64,000 nt of DNA from Patescibacteria group bacterium (GTDB lineage: Bacteria; Patescibacteriota; Patescibacteriia; Patescibacteriales; GWC2-42-12), in assembly GCA_041662965.1 (NCBI GenBank), contig JBAZRI010000002.1:46062-110061 (forward strand), read 5' to 3'. The translations under genes and the position numbers were made by a program. This document shows positions 36,066 through 45,896 of the stretch, piece by piece (within the stretch, counting starts at the first letter, position 1; the number at the start of each line of letters is the position of its first letter). Under the pieces are notes generated by a model. The model was not told the origin of the DNA. It made no database searches and saw only the letters and a program-made list of their open reading frames with translations.

Positions 36066-36243
36066 CAAATTTATCCGCCTCTGGCGGAGGGGGCAGGGGG
36101 GATTTTACTTTTGTCATTCCCACTACTTTTTTGTCATTGCGGGCTTGATCCGGGATCCATTTCCTTTTCACCTGTCATTGAGAGAAGCCCGTACTCGGGC
36201 GACCTGCCGGCCGGCAGGCAGGCGAAGCAATCTCACGAATAAC
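36066..36243 (+). repeat. compound TGTCATT-type repeat cluster
   Basis: ccgcctctggcgg hairpin; tgtcattcccactac; tgtcattgcgggcttgatccgggatcc; tgtcattgagagaagcccgtactcgggcgacc..gcgaagcaatctcacgaataac. Confidence 0.55.
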
Positions 36244-36337
36244 TATTAACAAGTAAAGCTAATTAACTGCGAATATTCTTCTTACCTCAAAAAGACTAAA
36301 ATATTCTTCTTATATTTTACCTAATTTTAGCCATAAA

Positions 36338-36384
36338 AAGTCAACAATATACCAATTTTTGGTATTATGGTTGACTTTTTTTTG
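36338..36384 (+). terminator. strong rho-independent terminator upstream of the membrane-protein island
   Basis: aagtcaacaatatacc-aattttt-ggtattatggttgactt + ttttttt. Confidence 0.55.
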
Positions 36385-36595
36385 ATTTTATGCTATTATA
36401 TAATATTCTAGTCGTACCTTTTTCTCTCACTTTTAGTCATATTCAGCATTATCATTCCCGCATAAGCGCGAATTCAGAAAAGCTTTAATTTAAAGAAAGA
36501 GCCTAAATGCCTTACGGCCAAAAGCGAGAGAAAAAAGGTTCGACTTAGTCGGACTTTAACAATTTGAAAAAACAATAAACATATAGGAGGTAAAA

Positions 36596-38287
36596 ATGGA
36601 CATTAAATCAATTCTTAGCGAATTTGGCACGGCTTTATTGGCTGACGTTTTCAGTATTAAAATGTTGACCAAACTGTTAGCGAAAGGAGCAAGCAGACAA
36701 GAAGGGTCTGCTGCTACTGCCACTACTGCTTCTACCGCCACTGCTCCCGGAACTGATGAAATTAAATTTGGCGGCATTTTTGATTTATCCGAGGAAACAG
36801 CTTATTTAAGTCTAATGGCAAAAATGGAATCTGATCCTCAATTAAAAAATGCGGCAATTAAAATTTCTAGTTTCGTTAATGGCAACAATTTTCAAAACCA
36901 TGGCCAACGGCGAAGGTTTAGGGTCGTGGTGGGCAAACTCGCCAATATTGAGTATATCAAAGAAGATTTAGTCACAGAAAAACAAATTCCAAACCCTAAG
37001 GGCGGTAAACCGGTTATTGAAAAAACAACCAAACAGACAAAAAGTAACCTCGGGTTGGAATTTCTTAAGAGTTTTTCTCGATTAAGTGAAGAGGAGATGC
37101 TGGAAATTTGCAAAGCTTCTGGCATTATGGAATCGACAATGGATAATATCGGCGAAGGCTTAAGCCACGCCGGCGAGGAAATCTCCAAAATCGCAAAAAA
37201 AATTGAAAGTAGCCAAATTGCTCAAGATATAATGGCTGGTTCTGCAAAAAAAATGAGGGAGAGAATCCAAACACTCGAAGAATCTCCATACCCGCCTACT
37301 GAAGGTGAATGCGAAGAAAAAAAGATGACCATCTCGGTATTCCTAACTTTAACATTTGAATGGCTATCGGCTGAATATAAAACCGGCGACCTGAATGATG
37401 CTCTTGAAAAGGTAAAAAACATTATAAATATAACCAAGCAAAAAGCACAACAATGGTGGATCTGGGCGAAGCGTTTGGCCATCTGGGGAACGATCATTTC
37501 ATTTGTTATTTTCTTGGCTGGTATATTCATCGGAGGATTTACACAATTGGGATGGCCGAATTCAGTAGTTGGTTTGTTAATCGCCCCGATACTTTTTGCC
37601 ATTTTGGTGTGGTGGACCCCGCTAGTCGCAATTATAGCGGTAATATACGAAATTACCCACTTAAGAATTAAGGGGGCAACGAATGTAGGAATCACTCAAG
37701 CAAAATGGTGGCTGAATTTCGTCTGCGGAGTTCTGCTTTGGCAAGTAATCATCTCATTGGCTTTTACTTTTATCCCCTACTGGAATGCGATTTCGCGTAT
37801 CCCGGTGATGATCCTGCTTGCTCTTGGAATGGCTCTAATGAGTCTCCGGTGGGGAGGTATAACCTGGTATAGGTCAATCATCAAAACTTTGGTAGCGCTA
37901 ATGTTTATTCTCCAAGTAACGGTGTGTTTCTTACCAGCAACTGCCACTGCTATACACTCGCTATTAGGGAAAACCGATAGCTTAATAGCAACATGGTTGA
38001 CTACTGGAGCATGGATTGATAATTCTAATGATCGTGAAATTAAAAAAATGTCGGGGGGCCTTTGGATTGTCAGTTTCAAAAACGCTGACCCCATAGAGTT
38101 AGATATTCCTCTAAATTCACGATTCCTCATCTCCGCTTCGGAGGCTATAAATCTTCAGTGGCCAGTTATGGGCAACCCAGGCGAATTCTGTACGGTTCCT
38201 TTGAACACCGAAATCACTAACAAAATTTTTGCCAAAGTCACCCTGAAGGGTGAAGCAGGCAAAACAATCACAGTTAAACTGCTGTAA
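36596..38287 (+). CDS. 563-aa polytopic membrane protein of unknown function (soluble N-domain ~270 aa, ~6 TM, C-terminal extracytoplasmic domain)
   Basis: Near-consensus RBS ataggaggtaaaaATG; Trp-rich TM block (WWIWAKRLAIWGTII...WWTPLVAIIAVIY...). No recognisable catalytic motif; codon usage atypical for this genome. Confidence 0.6.
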   Translation: MDIKSILSEFGTALLADVFSIKMLTKLLAKGASRQEGSAATATTASTATAPGTDEIKFGGIFDLSEETAYLSLMAKMESDPQLKNAAIKISSFVNGNNFQNHGQRRRFRVVVGKLANIEYIKEDLVTEKQIPNPKGGKPVIEKTTKQTKSNLGLEFLKSFSRLSEEEMLEICKASGIMESTMDNIGEGLSHAGEEISKIAKKIESSQIAQDIMAGSAKKMRERIQTLEESPYPPTEGECEEKKMTISVFLTLTFEWLSAEYKTGDLNDALEKVKNIINITKQKAQQWWIWAKRLAIWGTIISFVIFLAGIFIGGFTQLGWPNSVVGLLIAPILFAILVWWTPLVAIIAVIYEITHLRIKGATNVGITQAKWWLNFVCGVLLWQVIISLAFTFIPYWNAISRIPVMILLALGMALMSLRWGGITWYRSIIKTLVALMFILQVTVCFLPATATAIHSLLGKTDSLIATWLTTGAWIDNSNDREIKKMSGGLWIVSFKNADPIELDIPLNSRFLISASEAINLQWPVMGNPGEFCTVPLNTEITNKIFAKVTLKGEAGKTITVKLL

Positions 38288-38308
38288 AGGAGGAAAGCAG
38301 TTTAACTT

Positions 38309-38350
38309 ACGAGGGCTATGAACTTTTTTGTTCACCCTCGTTTTATTTTG
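38309..38350 (+). terminator. rho-independent terminator after the 563-aa gene
   Basis: acgagggctatgaac-ttttttg-ttcaccctcgt + tttatttt. Confidence 0.5.
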
Positions 38351-38395
38351 CTTAAAATAGAAAAAATGGTATTATATTAATATAATATTTAATAA

Positions 38396-38848
38396 ATGTC
38401 TATGAAAAAATTACTACTAATTTTCTTATTTATCGCCGTAAGCCTATTTATTGGAAATTTTGTTTTAGCTGGGTGTATTTGTAATGGTAATCCGACAAGT
38501 GACACCGAGACTGCTTGTGGAGACAGGCTAGCATCAGATTTCTGCATATGGAGAGAAACTGAATCTGGCGGCTCCGCCGGTCCCGTCTCCCTCCCCAACC
38601 CCCTTGGCGAGGGAAAAACCGACATCCCCACTCTACTCGGCAAAATCGTTTCTTCCGTCCTCGGCGTAGTCGGCTCTTTAGCCTTGGTTATGTTTATCTA
38701 CGGCGGCATTACCTGGATGCTGTCGGCCGGCAACCAGGAGCAGGTGACCAAAGGCAAAAATATTCTAATCTGGGCGACCGTTGGCATTGTGATTATCTTT
38801 ACTGCCTACGCGCTGGTTAGATTTGTTTTGACGACGGTAACTAGTTAA
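38396..38848 (+). CDS. VirB2/TrbC-like 'T4SS pilin' family small membrane protein (paralog 1 of 11)
   Basis: Signal peptide plus Cys-rich N-region. Conserved C-module ...LGVVGSLALVMFIYGGITWMLSAGNQEQVTKGKNILIWATVGIVIIFTAYAL shared with 10 other ORFs in the window. Confidence 0.7.
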   Translation: MSMKKLLLIFLFIAVSLFIGNFVLAGCICNGNPTSDTETACGDRLASDFCIWRETESGGSAGPVSLPNPLGEGKTDIPTLLGKIVSSVLGVVGSLALVMFIYGGITWMLSAGNQEQVTKGKNILIWATVGIVIIFTAYALVRFVLTTVTS

Positions 38849-38876
38849 TAAACTAATAGTTTACAATCTATAACAT

Positions 38877-38907
38877 AAAACACGGTCTTGACCGTGTTTT
38901 ATATTTT
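38877..38907 (+). terminator. rho-independent terminator after pilin gene
   Basis: aaaacacggtc-ttga-ccgtgtttt + atatttt. Confidence 0.6.
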
Positions 38908-38918
38908 CAAAATTTATC

Positions 38919-39068
38919 AAAATCACCCCGGGGTTTGGGGTGACGAATAAGCGCCAAGGCGTGAGCATCAAAAGATAAATCAACGTGATAGCGCATTGAG
39001 GCACCCCAAAACTTCTTTGGTTACTTTCTTAGTTATAAGAAAGTAACCCCTAGCGGAGCGTCACGAAC
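38919..39068 (+). repeat. ~150-nt structured repeat family R1, copy B
   Basis: aaaatcaccccggggtttggggtga...aagataaatcaacgtgatagc...ggttactttcttagttataagaaagtaacc...cgtcacgaacag; compensatory changes relative to copy A in both hairpins. Confidence 0.7.
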
Positions 39069-39149
39069 AGATTAATTTAGGAAAGGTAAGCTACAATGTT
39101 CAAACAAGTATCAAATAAATAGATAACACCACATTAATATAACTAACCC

Positions 39150-39185
39150 CTGGATCCCGGATCAAGCCCGGGATGACAAAACAAA
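39150..39185 (-). repeat. TGTCATCCCGGGCTTGATCCGGGATCCAGGG unit (reverse orientation)
   Basis: Reverse complement resembles 36143 tgtcattgcgggcttgatccgggatcc. Confidence 0.5.
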
Positions 39186-39190
39186 AAAAT

Positions 39191-40054
39191 TTATGAGATT
39201 AGCAGCGCTGCTCCGATCGCTCCAGCGTTAGCGCCTAGCTTGCCTTTTACTATTTTTACTACTTTCGCCTCCGGCGACTTAATATACTGCCTCATAATCT
39301 TTTTAGTGCGCGATAAAAACAAATCGCTAGATTCAACTACTCCCCCGCCTACGATTATTATTTCCGGATCTAAAAGATTTACCACATTAGCCAGGCTAAT
39401 ACCTAAATAATGACCGAACTCGTCATAAGATTTTTCCGCTAAAATATCCCCGTGGTAAGCTTCGTCGGCTAAAGCCGCCGGACTGTCTTGCATTAATTTG
39501 TGATAGGCTTCTTCTAATTTCATGCCTTCTTTAAAATCAACCGTCAGCCAGCCGGCTTCGGTAGCCGAACCGTGCGCTCCCCGATAAATTTCGCCATTAC
39601 GCCACCAGGAGCCGCCAATACCTGTACCCACGGTTATGCCAAAAACATTAGTGTGCTTTTTACCGGCGCCAAATTTCATTTCCGCGCGTAAAAAACAATG
39701 CGCGTCATTATCTATCTTAATTTGCTCTATGCCCAGCTTAGCCGCTAAATTTTCCGGCAGCTTAAGGCCGTTGAGTAGCGGTAAATTCGGCGCTTCCACG
39801 ATTTTATTTTCTTTATAATCAAGCATAGCGGCTATGCCCACTCCCAGGCCTTTAATAACGCCGCCGCCGGCCTTAGCTTTATCCATAAGCGGCTCAACCA
39901 AAGCCTTAAGCATAATCATAAAATGCTCCAAATCGTCTTTGGGCGTGGCTAAAACATAGTCGGCGATAACTTTTTCCCCATCAAACAAAACCGCGCTCAT
40001 CTTTGTGCCGCCGATGTCTACGCCGATAGTATAATTTTTGATTGATTTAGTCAT
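39191..40054 (-). CDS. ROK-family sugar kinase (glucokinase-like)
   Basis: IGVDIGGTKMSAVLFDGE N-terminal ATPase motif; GxGIGG; C-terminal GANAGAIGAALL. Confidence 0.8.
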   Translation of the reverse strand: MTKSIKNYTIGVDIGGTKMSAVLFDGEKVIADYVLATPKDDLEHFMIMLKALVEPLMDKAKAGGGVIKGLGVGIAAMLDYKENKIVEAPNLPLLNGLKLPENLAAKLGIEQIKIDNDAHCFLRAEMKFGAGKKHTNVFGITVGTGIGGSWWRNGEIYRGAHGSATEAGWLTVDFKEGMKLEEAYHKLMQDSPAALADEAYHGDILAEKSYDEFGHYLGISLANVVNLLDPEIIIVGGGVVESSDLFLSRTKKIMRQYIKSPEAKVVKIVKGKLGANAGAIGAALLIS

Positions 40055-40069
40055 ATATTTTAGTTGATG

Positions 40070-40164
40070 GGGCTAAATTTTATTAAATTTTTGAACGAGG
40101 ACTGTCTGAGCTCGAGTACTCTCGGGCGAAGTTACGAGAGGAGAAAATTTAATAAATTTAGCCA
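40070..40164. repeat. hairpin repeat family R-B, copy 3 (divergent core)
   Basis: ggctaaattttattaaaTTTTTGAACGAGGACTGTCTGAGCtcgagtactctcgggcGAAGTTACGAGAGGAGAAAATTTaataaatttagcc. Confidence 0.55.
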
Positions 40165-40195
40165 CATCTCTCATGCGATTTATAATTTAAATGGA

Positions 40196-41197
40196 TTATT
40201 TATTAAATAATTTCCTAGCTTCCCTCCACATCTCCGGCCGACCCTCTCGCATCTCCCAATACCAAAATTCCACGCCCCAAAGATAAAATTCGCGAAAACC
40301 GGTCTGGCGCCCGAACTCTATCATCTGTTTAAATTTTTCCGGACTCATAGTTTTATCGCGGTCGGCTTGGGATAAATCTTGGTAAGCTTTCGGCCCCCAA
40401 GGCTCGGCTTGCATCTCTATTACTATCCAGCTCTTAGGCTTGGCGAATAAGCCGGCCATGTTCTTTTTAAATTTAAAAAAGGCTGGCGTAATCGGATAAT
40501 GAATATAGCGTTTAAAAAAATTGGAGTAAGTGTTTAAATACATGGTCGTGCCGAAAATATCAGCGCGCTTAGCCGCGCCCACCCAGTAAGACAACTCACC
40601 TGAATCGGTAACAACAATCGGCCGGGCATCAAGGCTTCTGGCCAGCGAAATTTCCTGGTCTAAAAATTTGGCGTCAAATTTCGGGCAGTCGCCGAAATGG
40701 GATAAAAACGGCTCATTTTCTATCTGCCAGGCAATGATATTTTTATGGTCTTTATAGCGCTCAATTACCCGGGAAATATAATCCAAAGTTTTATTTTCTA
40801 TTTGCGCCTTTAACCGCCCCTTTGTCCAATCCGGAAAATGGCATTCGGGCCAGCGGGGAAGCCTAGCGCCAACCGCTAAAATAATTTCCGCTTGCCGCGC
40901 GCCGGCTTGGCTTATTTGCCAATCAAGATCCTCCCAAAAATAATCGCCTTCTTGATTTTCAATTTCATCCCAATAGGCCGACAACCTTATCTTTTTTACC
41001 CCTAAGTCATCAAAAACTGATAAATAAATGTTTCTCCACTCAAGCCCTAAGCTTTCGGCGTGTTTTTTAGAAAAAGTCAGCCCGTACTCTAATTCATCTT
41101 TTTCATAAACACGGCCTTGGCTAAAAACAAAAACAAAAAATAAAACTAAAATTAAAACAATAAAAAATATTTTAACCAGACGAAAATTTTTCAACAT
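40196..41197 (-). CDS. membrane-anchored glycoside hydrolase, clan GH-A TIM-barrel (NEP catalytic motif)
   Basis: N-terminal TM; IIAWQIENEP (acid/base Glu); Trp-rich C-terminal half. Specificity not assignable. Confidence 0.55.
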   Translation of the reverse strand: MLKNFRLVKIFFIVLILVLFFVFVFSQGRVYEKDELEYGLTFSKKHAESLGLEWRNIYLSVFDDLGVKKIRLSAYWDEIENQEGDYFWEDLDWQISQAGARQAEIILAVGARLPRWPECHFPDWTKGRLKAQIENKTLDYISRVIERYKDHKNIIAWQIENEPFLSHFGDCPKFDAKFLDQEISLARSLDARPIVVTDSGELSYWVGAAKRADIFGTTMYLNTYSNFFKRYIHYPITPAFFKFKKNMAGLFAKPKSWIVIEMQAEPWGPKAYQDLSQADRDKTMSPEKFKQMIEFGRQTGFREFYLWGVEFWYWEMREGRPEMWREARKLFNK

Positions 41198-41227
41198 AAT
41201 TAAATTCTCTGGACTAAACGCGCTCGG

Positions 41228-41647
41228 CTAAGCTCCGGTAGTCGCTCCGACGATTTGATTTATGACGAAATTAGTCAGCGCGTAAGCCGATAAAATAATA
41301 ATTAGGCCGATCACGCCGTTAATCAGCATTTTTTTAGCCTCGGAGACGTTTTCTTCGTTGCCTCCAGCCGTCATCCATTTAAAACCCGCATATAAAACTA
41401 TGATAACGGCGATGATGCCGAGAAAGCCTAAAATAAATTTAATAATATCGGCCGCAACCTGGCGCGGATCGCGGTCAGCTGCCTCGCCCAAACCTGAATT
41501 ATCTCTAGTATAAGTTTTTAAATCATTGCCTCCCCAATAATCATCTGAACTCACGGCTAAGGATTGCGAGGCTGGAGCCAAAACTAAAATGGCCAACGAG
41601 AAAATCATCGCCGCCGTAATGACTTTCTTAAAAAAAATTTGTTTCAT
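41228..41647 (-). CDS. VirB2/TrbC-like T4SS pilin family protein (paralog 2)
   Basis: ...ILGFLGIIAVIIVLYAGFKWMTAGGNEENVSEAKKMLINGVIGLIIILSAYAL. Confidence 0.7.
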   Translation of the reverse strand: MKQIFFKKVITAAMIFSLAILVLAPASQSLAVSSDDYWGGNDLKTYTRDNSGLGEAADRDPRQVAADIIKFILGFLGIIAVIIVLYAGFKWMTAGGNEENVSEAKKMLINGVIGLIIILSAYALTNFVINQIVGATTGA

Positions 41648-41756
41648 AATTTTATTTACCCCGTTAAATCCGCCCTGCGGAAATTCGCTAAAAGCGAATT
41701 TATTTAACAGGGTGAATAAATTAATTTGTTAACTTAAAGTGCTCCGGGCATAAAAG

Positions 41757-42215
41757 CTACTGCCAAATCACCGGTGTATCGGTAGTCGCTCCGACTATAT
41801 AGCTTATAATAAAAGTAGCTAAGGCATAAGCCGATAAAATAATAACTAAGCCGATCACCGCGTTAATCAGCATTTTTTTAGCCGTAGCGACGTTTTCTTC
41901 GTTGCCTCCGGCAGTCATCCATTTAAAGCCGGCGTATAAAATTATCACCACTGTTATTATTCCTAAAAACCCCAAAACAATTTTAATTATATCCACAATT
42001 GTCATTCTGATATCTCTAGGCGTGCTCCCGTCATAAGCTTGGCCAACCTGATTAAGCCCGCCGTCGTTAACCCTCTGCCACCAATCACCTTCAGCCTTGA
42101 CTTGATTAATAGCGCTAAAATCGGCCGTAACCGGGGCTAGAGCTAAAAACATAGACAAAAATACAGCGCTTAGGCTATACTTAATAATTGATTTAAATTT
42201 TTTAGTCATAAACAT
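41757..42215 (-). CDS. VirB2/TrbC-like T4SS pilin family protein (paralog 3)
   Basis: ...VLGFLGIITVVIILYAGFKWMTAGGNEENVATAKKMLINAVIGLVIILSAYAL. Confidence 0.7.
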   Translation of the reverse strand: MFMTKKFKSIIKYSLSAVFLSMFLALAPVTADFSAINQVKAEGDWWQRVNDGGLNQVGQAYDGSTPRDIRMTIVDIIKIVLGFLGIITVVIILYAGFKWMTAGGNEENVATAKKMLINAVIGLVIILSAYALATFIISYIVGATTDTPVIWQ

Positions 42216-42287
42216 ATTATTTTGCTATAATTTAATTATAATAATCTTATTAATATTATATCTAAAATTAGTAAATCAAGCAAAGTT

Positions 42288-43721
42288 ATGACCTTATCCG
42301 CCCAAGTCGCTTACAACACTATCATCCAAATAGCCGGCAAAGCCGTTTCTACCGCCCTGGGGCTAGCGGCCATTGCCGTTATGGCCAGATACTTGCGCGA
42401 GATCGGCTTTGGCCAATATACCACCATTATTACTTTTTTATCGTTTTTCGGCATTATAGCGGATTTTGGCTTAACTTTGGTAACCTCGCAAATGATCAGC
42501 CGGCCGGGCAATAACCAGGCCGCCTTATTAAATAACCTTTTTAGCCTGCGCTTGATTTCCGCCGTGTTCTTTTTGGGTTTGGCGCCTTTAATTGTTTTAT
42601 TCTTCCCTTATGAGCCGATCATTAAATTAGGCGTGGCCGTAGCCGCGCTGTCGTTTTTTTTCACGGCCTTAAACCAAATTTTAGTGGGTTTTTTCCAAAA
42701 AAACCTGACTATGACCGTGGTGGCAATAGCCGAAGCGGTTAGCCGGGCGCTTTTGCTTATAGGCATTATTATAACCGCCTATTTGGATTTAGGCCTATTA
42801 GCCATTATGGTAGCGACGGTTGCCGCCAGCTTAGTAAGCTTTATTATGCATTATTGGTTTTCCCGCCGTTTTATTAAAATCGGCTGGCAAATCGACCTAA
42901 CCGTCTGGCGCGAAATCATTAAAAAATCATGGCCGCTCGGGCTAACTATTTTTTTCAATCTAATTTATTTAAGAGCCGATATTTTTATCTTATCGCTCTT
43001 TAAAAGCCAGGCGGACGTCGGCATTTACGGCGCCACCTATAAAGTGATTGACGTTTTGACTACTTTACCTTTTATGTTCGCCGGCTTGATTTTGCCAATA
43101 TTGACCTCCGAGTGGGCCGGCAAAAATTTCCCAAAATTCAACCAAGTCCTGCAAAAATCCTTTGACGCCATGGTTATGCTGGCTATTCCCCTGATTGTCG
43201 GCGCCCAGCTTACCGCCGATCCGCTGATGGTACTAATCGCCGGAGAAAATTTCGTCCAATCCGGCTATCTTTTAAAAATATTAATTTTAGCCATCGGCTT
43301 TATTTTTATCGGCTGCTTATTCGCTCACGCGGTTATCGCCCTAGACAAGCAAAAAAATATTATTGGCGCTTATATCTTTACCGCCCTGACCGCGCTCGCC
43401 GGCTACCTTATTTTTATCCCCCGCTTTTCCTATTACGGCGCCGCCTGGGTGACTGTTTACAGCGAACTTGCCATTGCCCTGTTTTCCCTCTATATTGTAA
43501 TCAAACACAGCCAATTCAGGCCGAATCTAAGCATTATCCTTAAATCATCGGCCGCCTCGCTGATAATGGCTTTAAGCATTTATTTATTAATCGGCAAACT
43601 TAGCCTTATCTTAACGATTTTATCCGCCGGCGCGATTTATCTGTTTTGCCTCTACTTATTCAAAGGCTTTAGCTCTGTCATTCCGGCCTCCGAGCCGGAA
43701 TCCAGTATTCACCCCCTTTAA
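42288..43721 (+). CDS. polysaccharide/oligosaccharide flippase (Wzx-like, MOP superfamily)
   Basis: 477 aa, ~14 TM; typical PST-family N-terminus. The last ~15 codons and the stop are supplied by a TGTCATTCC-type repeat. Confidence 0.7.
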   Translation: MTLSAQVAYNTIIQIAGKAVSTALGLAAIAVMARYLREIGFGQYTTIITFLSFFGIIADFGLTLVTSQMISRPGNNQAALLNNLFSLRLISAVFFLGLAPLIVLFFPYEPIIKLGVAVAALSFFFTALNQILVGFFQKNLTMTVVAIAEAVSRALLLIGIIITAYLDLGLLAIMVATVAASLVSFIMHYWFSRRFIKIGWQIDLTVWREIIKKSWPLGLTIFFNLIYLRADIFILSLFKSQADVGIYGATYKVIDVLTTLPFMFAGLILPILTSEWAGKNFPKFNQVLQKSFDAMVMLAIPLIVGAQLTADPLMVLIAGENFVQSGYLLKILILAIGFIFIGCLFAHAVIALDKQKNIIGAYIFTALTALAGYLIFIPRFSYYGAAWVTVYSELAIALFSLYIVIKHSQFRPNLSIILKSSAASLIMALSIYLLIGKLSLILTILSAGAIYLFCLYLFKGFSSVIPASEPESSIHPL

Positions 43722-43745
43722 TAAAGGGGCTAGGGGAATTTTACT
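43678..43745 (+). repeat. TGTCATTCCGGCC..GGCCGGAATCCAG unit overlapping the flippase 3' end
   Basis: tgtcattccggcctccgagccggaatccagtattcacccc. Confidence 0.55.
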
Positions 43746-43772
43746 GTATTTATCAATGACAAAAAATTATTT

Positions 43773-44804
43773 ATGACCAAAATTCTCCTGATTAATTCAT
43801 CGGCTGAAAAAAATTTATTGCTGATTCGCGCCTGTAAAGAACTGGAGCAAAAAAACTTTTCCTTGGCTTTTCTGTCTTCAAAAAAACCCCTGCTCGGGCA
43901 ATTTAAATTCCTGTTTTTATTAACCGGCTTTAGGCTTAAGCGAAAAGTTGACATAGTCGCCTGCCTTAATTTCAATGAGAAAATTGTTATTACCCCGTTG
44001 GCCCGCTTGTTTGGCTTAAAAGTTATATGGCTTGAAGGGCCGGAAGCAGACTACCGGCAATTTAATAAATTTTTATTGGCATTATATAAATTAAATTTCC
44101 GGCTGGCGAAAACCATTGCTTTTAATAATTATTCTAAACTAAAATTAAAAAATATCGGCTGCGATGAAAATAAAATAAGCCTGATAACTCCGGGCGCCAA
44201 GCTTTCTCCCTACCAAGAAAATATTTTTAATAAGCTGGCTAGCGCCGGCCGGGTGAATTTCCACCGCAAATATTTTACGGTCGGCCTCGTAACCGCTTTA
44301 AACCAAAAACAAAAAATTGAAACGATTTTCCAGGCCATAAAAACCAGCTTGCCGGTAATCCCCAATATCCAGCTGATTATAATCGGCGAGGGCGAAGAAA
44401 GGAAGAATCTCTCATGGCTCGCAAAAAAAATGGAAATTGATAATCTAGTCTGGCTGGTCGGCGAACAGGAACAGCTGAAAAAATGGCTTGACAGTTTTGA
44501 TGTTTTTTTGGCTTTGGGAGAAAAATTATCGCTTGATGATTATGGCAATATTCTAGAAGCCATGGCCGCCGGCCTGCCGGTTCTAGCTCCGCGCAATATC
44601 GGTCTGGAAGACTTAATTATGGAAAATAATACCGGCGCGCTGATTGAATCCAATAACAGCGAGATGCTGGCGCGGCAAATTATTAAATTACATCAAGACA
44701 AGCGTTTACGCCTGTTTTTAGGCAAAAACGGCCGAGAACGCGCCAGCCGATCATTCACTTTGGAAATAATGGTTGAAAAATTAGCAGTCATATTAAAAAA
44801 TTAA
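43773..44804 (+). CDS. glycosyltransferase family 1 (GT4-like)
   Basis: C-terminal GT-B motif ...LALGEKLSLDDYGNILEAMAAGLPVLAPRNIGLEDLI... Confidence 0.7.
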   Translation: MTKILLINSSAEKNLLLIRACKELEQKNFSLAFLSSKKPLLGQFKFLFLLTGFRLKRKVDIVACLNFNEKIVITPLARLFGLKVIWLEGPEADYRQFNKFLLALYKLNFRLAKTIAFNNYSKLKLKNIGCDENKISLITPGAKLSPYQENIFNKLASAGRVNFHRKYFTVGLVTALNQKQKIETIFQAIKTSLPVIPNIQLIIIGEGEERKNLSWLAKKMEIDNLVWLVGEQEQLKKWLDSFDVFLALGEKLSLDDYGNILEAMAAGLPVLAPRNIGLEDLIMENNTGALIESNNSEMLARQIIKLHQDKRLRLFLGKNGRERASRSFTLEIMVEKLAVILKN

Positions 44805-44814
44805 CTATTTTTGT

Positions 44815-44910
44815 TCAGGCTAAATTTACTAAATTTTCGTGCGAGGACTGTTTGAGCGAGCGTTAGCGAGCGAGTTCCGCAGTAGAAAATTTTGTGAATT
44901 TAGCCTGAAC
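44815..44910. repeat. hairpin repeat family R-B, copy 4
   Basis: gttcaggctaaatttactAAATTTTCGTGCGAGGACTGTTTGAGCgagcgttagcgagcGAGTTCCGCAGTAGAAAATTTtgtgaatttagcctgaac. Confidence 0.65.
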
Positions 44911-44929
44911 TTTCATGTCATAAAATAGC

Positions 44930-45895
44930 ATGAATCATATTCTTATGACCATAAAAATAACCGAAAAAAATTACGGCGAACGGCTGGATAAATTTTTAAC
45001 CGGCTCCGGCCATTTAAAGCTTTCGCGAAACCAAATCCAAAAACTGATTGAGCAAGGCTTAATCAGCATAAACAGCTTAACCGTTTCCGCGCATTACCTG
45101 CTTAGGCCAAACGACATTATTAATGTGGCCAAAAATCTTTTTTTGGATAAAAAATCAATTGATAAAGAGAAATTAGCCGGCCTGCCGGATCATAAAATAA
45201 AAATTATCCATGAGACCGCTGAATTTTTAGTGATAAATAAGCCGGCCGGACTGGCCGTGCATGGGCTAAATAATTACACCCTGGCTGATTGGCTGATGGA
45301 AAAATATCCAAAAATAAAAAAAATAGGCGATGACCCGGAAAGGCCGGGCATAGTGCACCGCCTGGACAAAGACGTTAGTGGACTGATGGTCATAGCGAAA
45401 ACCCAGGCCGCTTTTAACAGCCTTAAAAAACAATTTCAAAACCGGACAATAAAAAAACAATACACCGCTTTAGTTCATGGCAAAATAATAAAAGACAGCG
45501 CTATTATTAACTTTCCGATTAAACGCTCGCGCGAAGGCTATAAAATGGCGGCTCTACCGGCGACGGTCAAAGGCGAACCGACCGAGGCCGGACGGCTGGC
45601 GGAAACGGAGTTTATGGTTTTACAAAGATTGATAAATTACACGCTGTTAAAAATAAAAATTAAAACCGGCCGCACTCATCAAATCAGGGTCCATCTGGCC
45701 GCCTACGGCCACCCGATCGTCGGCGATGATACTTACAGCACGGCTAAAACCAGAGCGCAAAATAAAAAATTAAACTTAGGCCGGATTTTCTTAATCGCCG
45801 ACCATTTATCTTTTAACGACCTTAAGAATAAGCGGCAAGATTATAAAATAAATCTGACCGAAGAATTAAAAAATCTTCTAAAAATTGTAAAATAA
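44930..45895 (+). CDS. rluD: 23S rRNA pseudouridine synthase, RluA/RluD family
   Basis: S4-like N-domain; HRLDKDVSGLMVIAKT catalytic Asp motif. Confidence 0.8.
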   Translation: MNHILMTIKITEKNYGERLDKFLTGSGHLKLSRNQIQKLIEQGLISINSLTVSAHYLLRPNDIINVAKNLFLDKKSIDKEKLAGLPDHKIKIIHETAEFLVINKPAGLAVHGLNNYTLADWLMEKYPKIKKIGDDPERPGIVHRLDKDVSGLMVIAKTQAAFNSLKKQFQNRTIKKQYTALVHGKIIKDSAIINFPIKRSREGYKMAALPATVKGEPTEAGRLAETEFMVLQRLINYTLLKIKIKTGRTHQIRVHLAAYGHPIVGDDTYSTAKTRAQNKKLNLGRIFLIADHLSFNDLKNKRQDYKINLTEELKNLLKIVK

Positions 45896-45896
45896 T

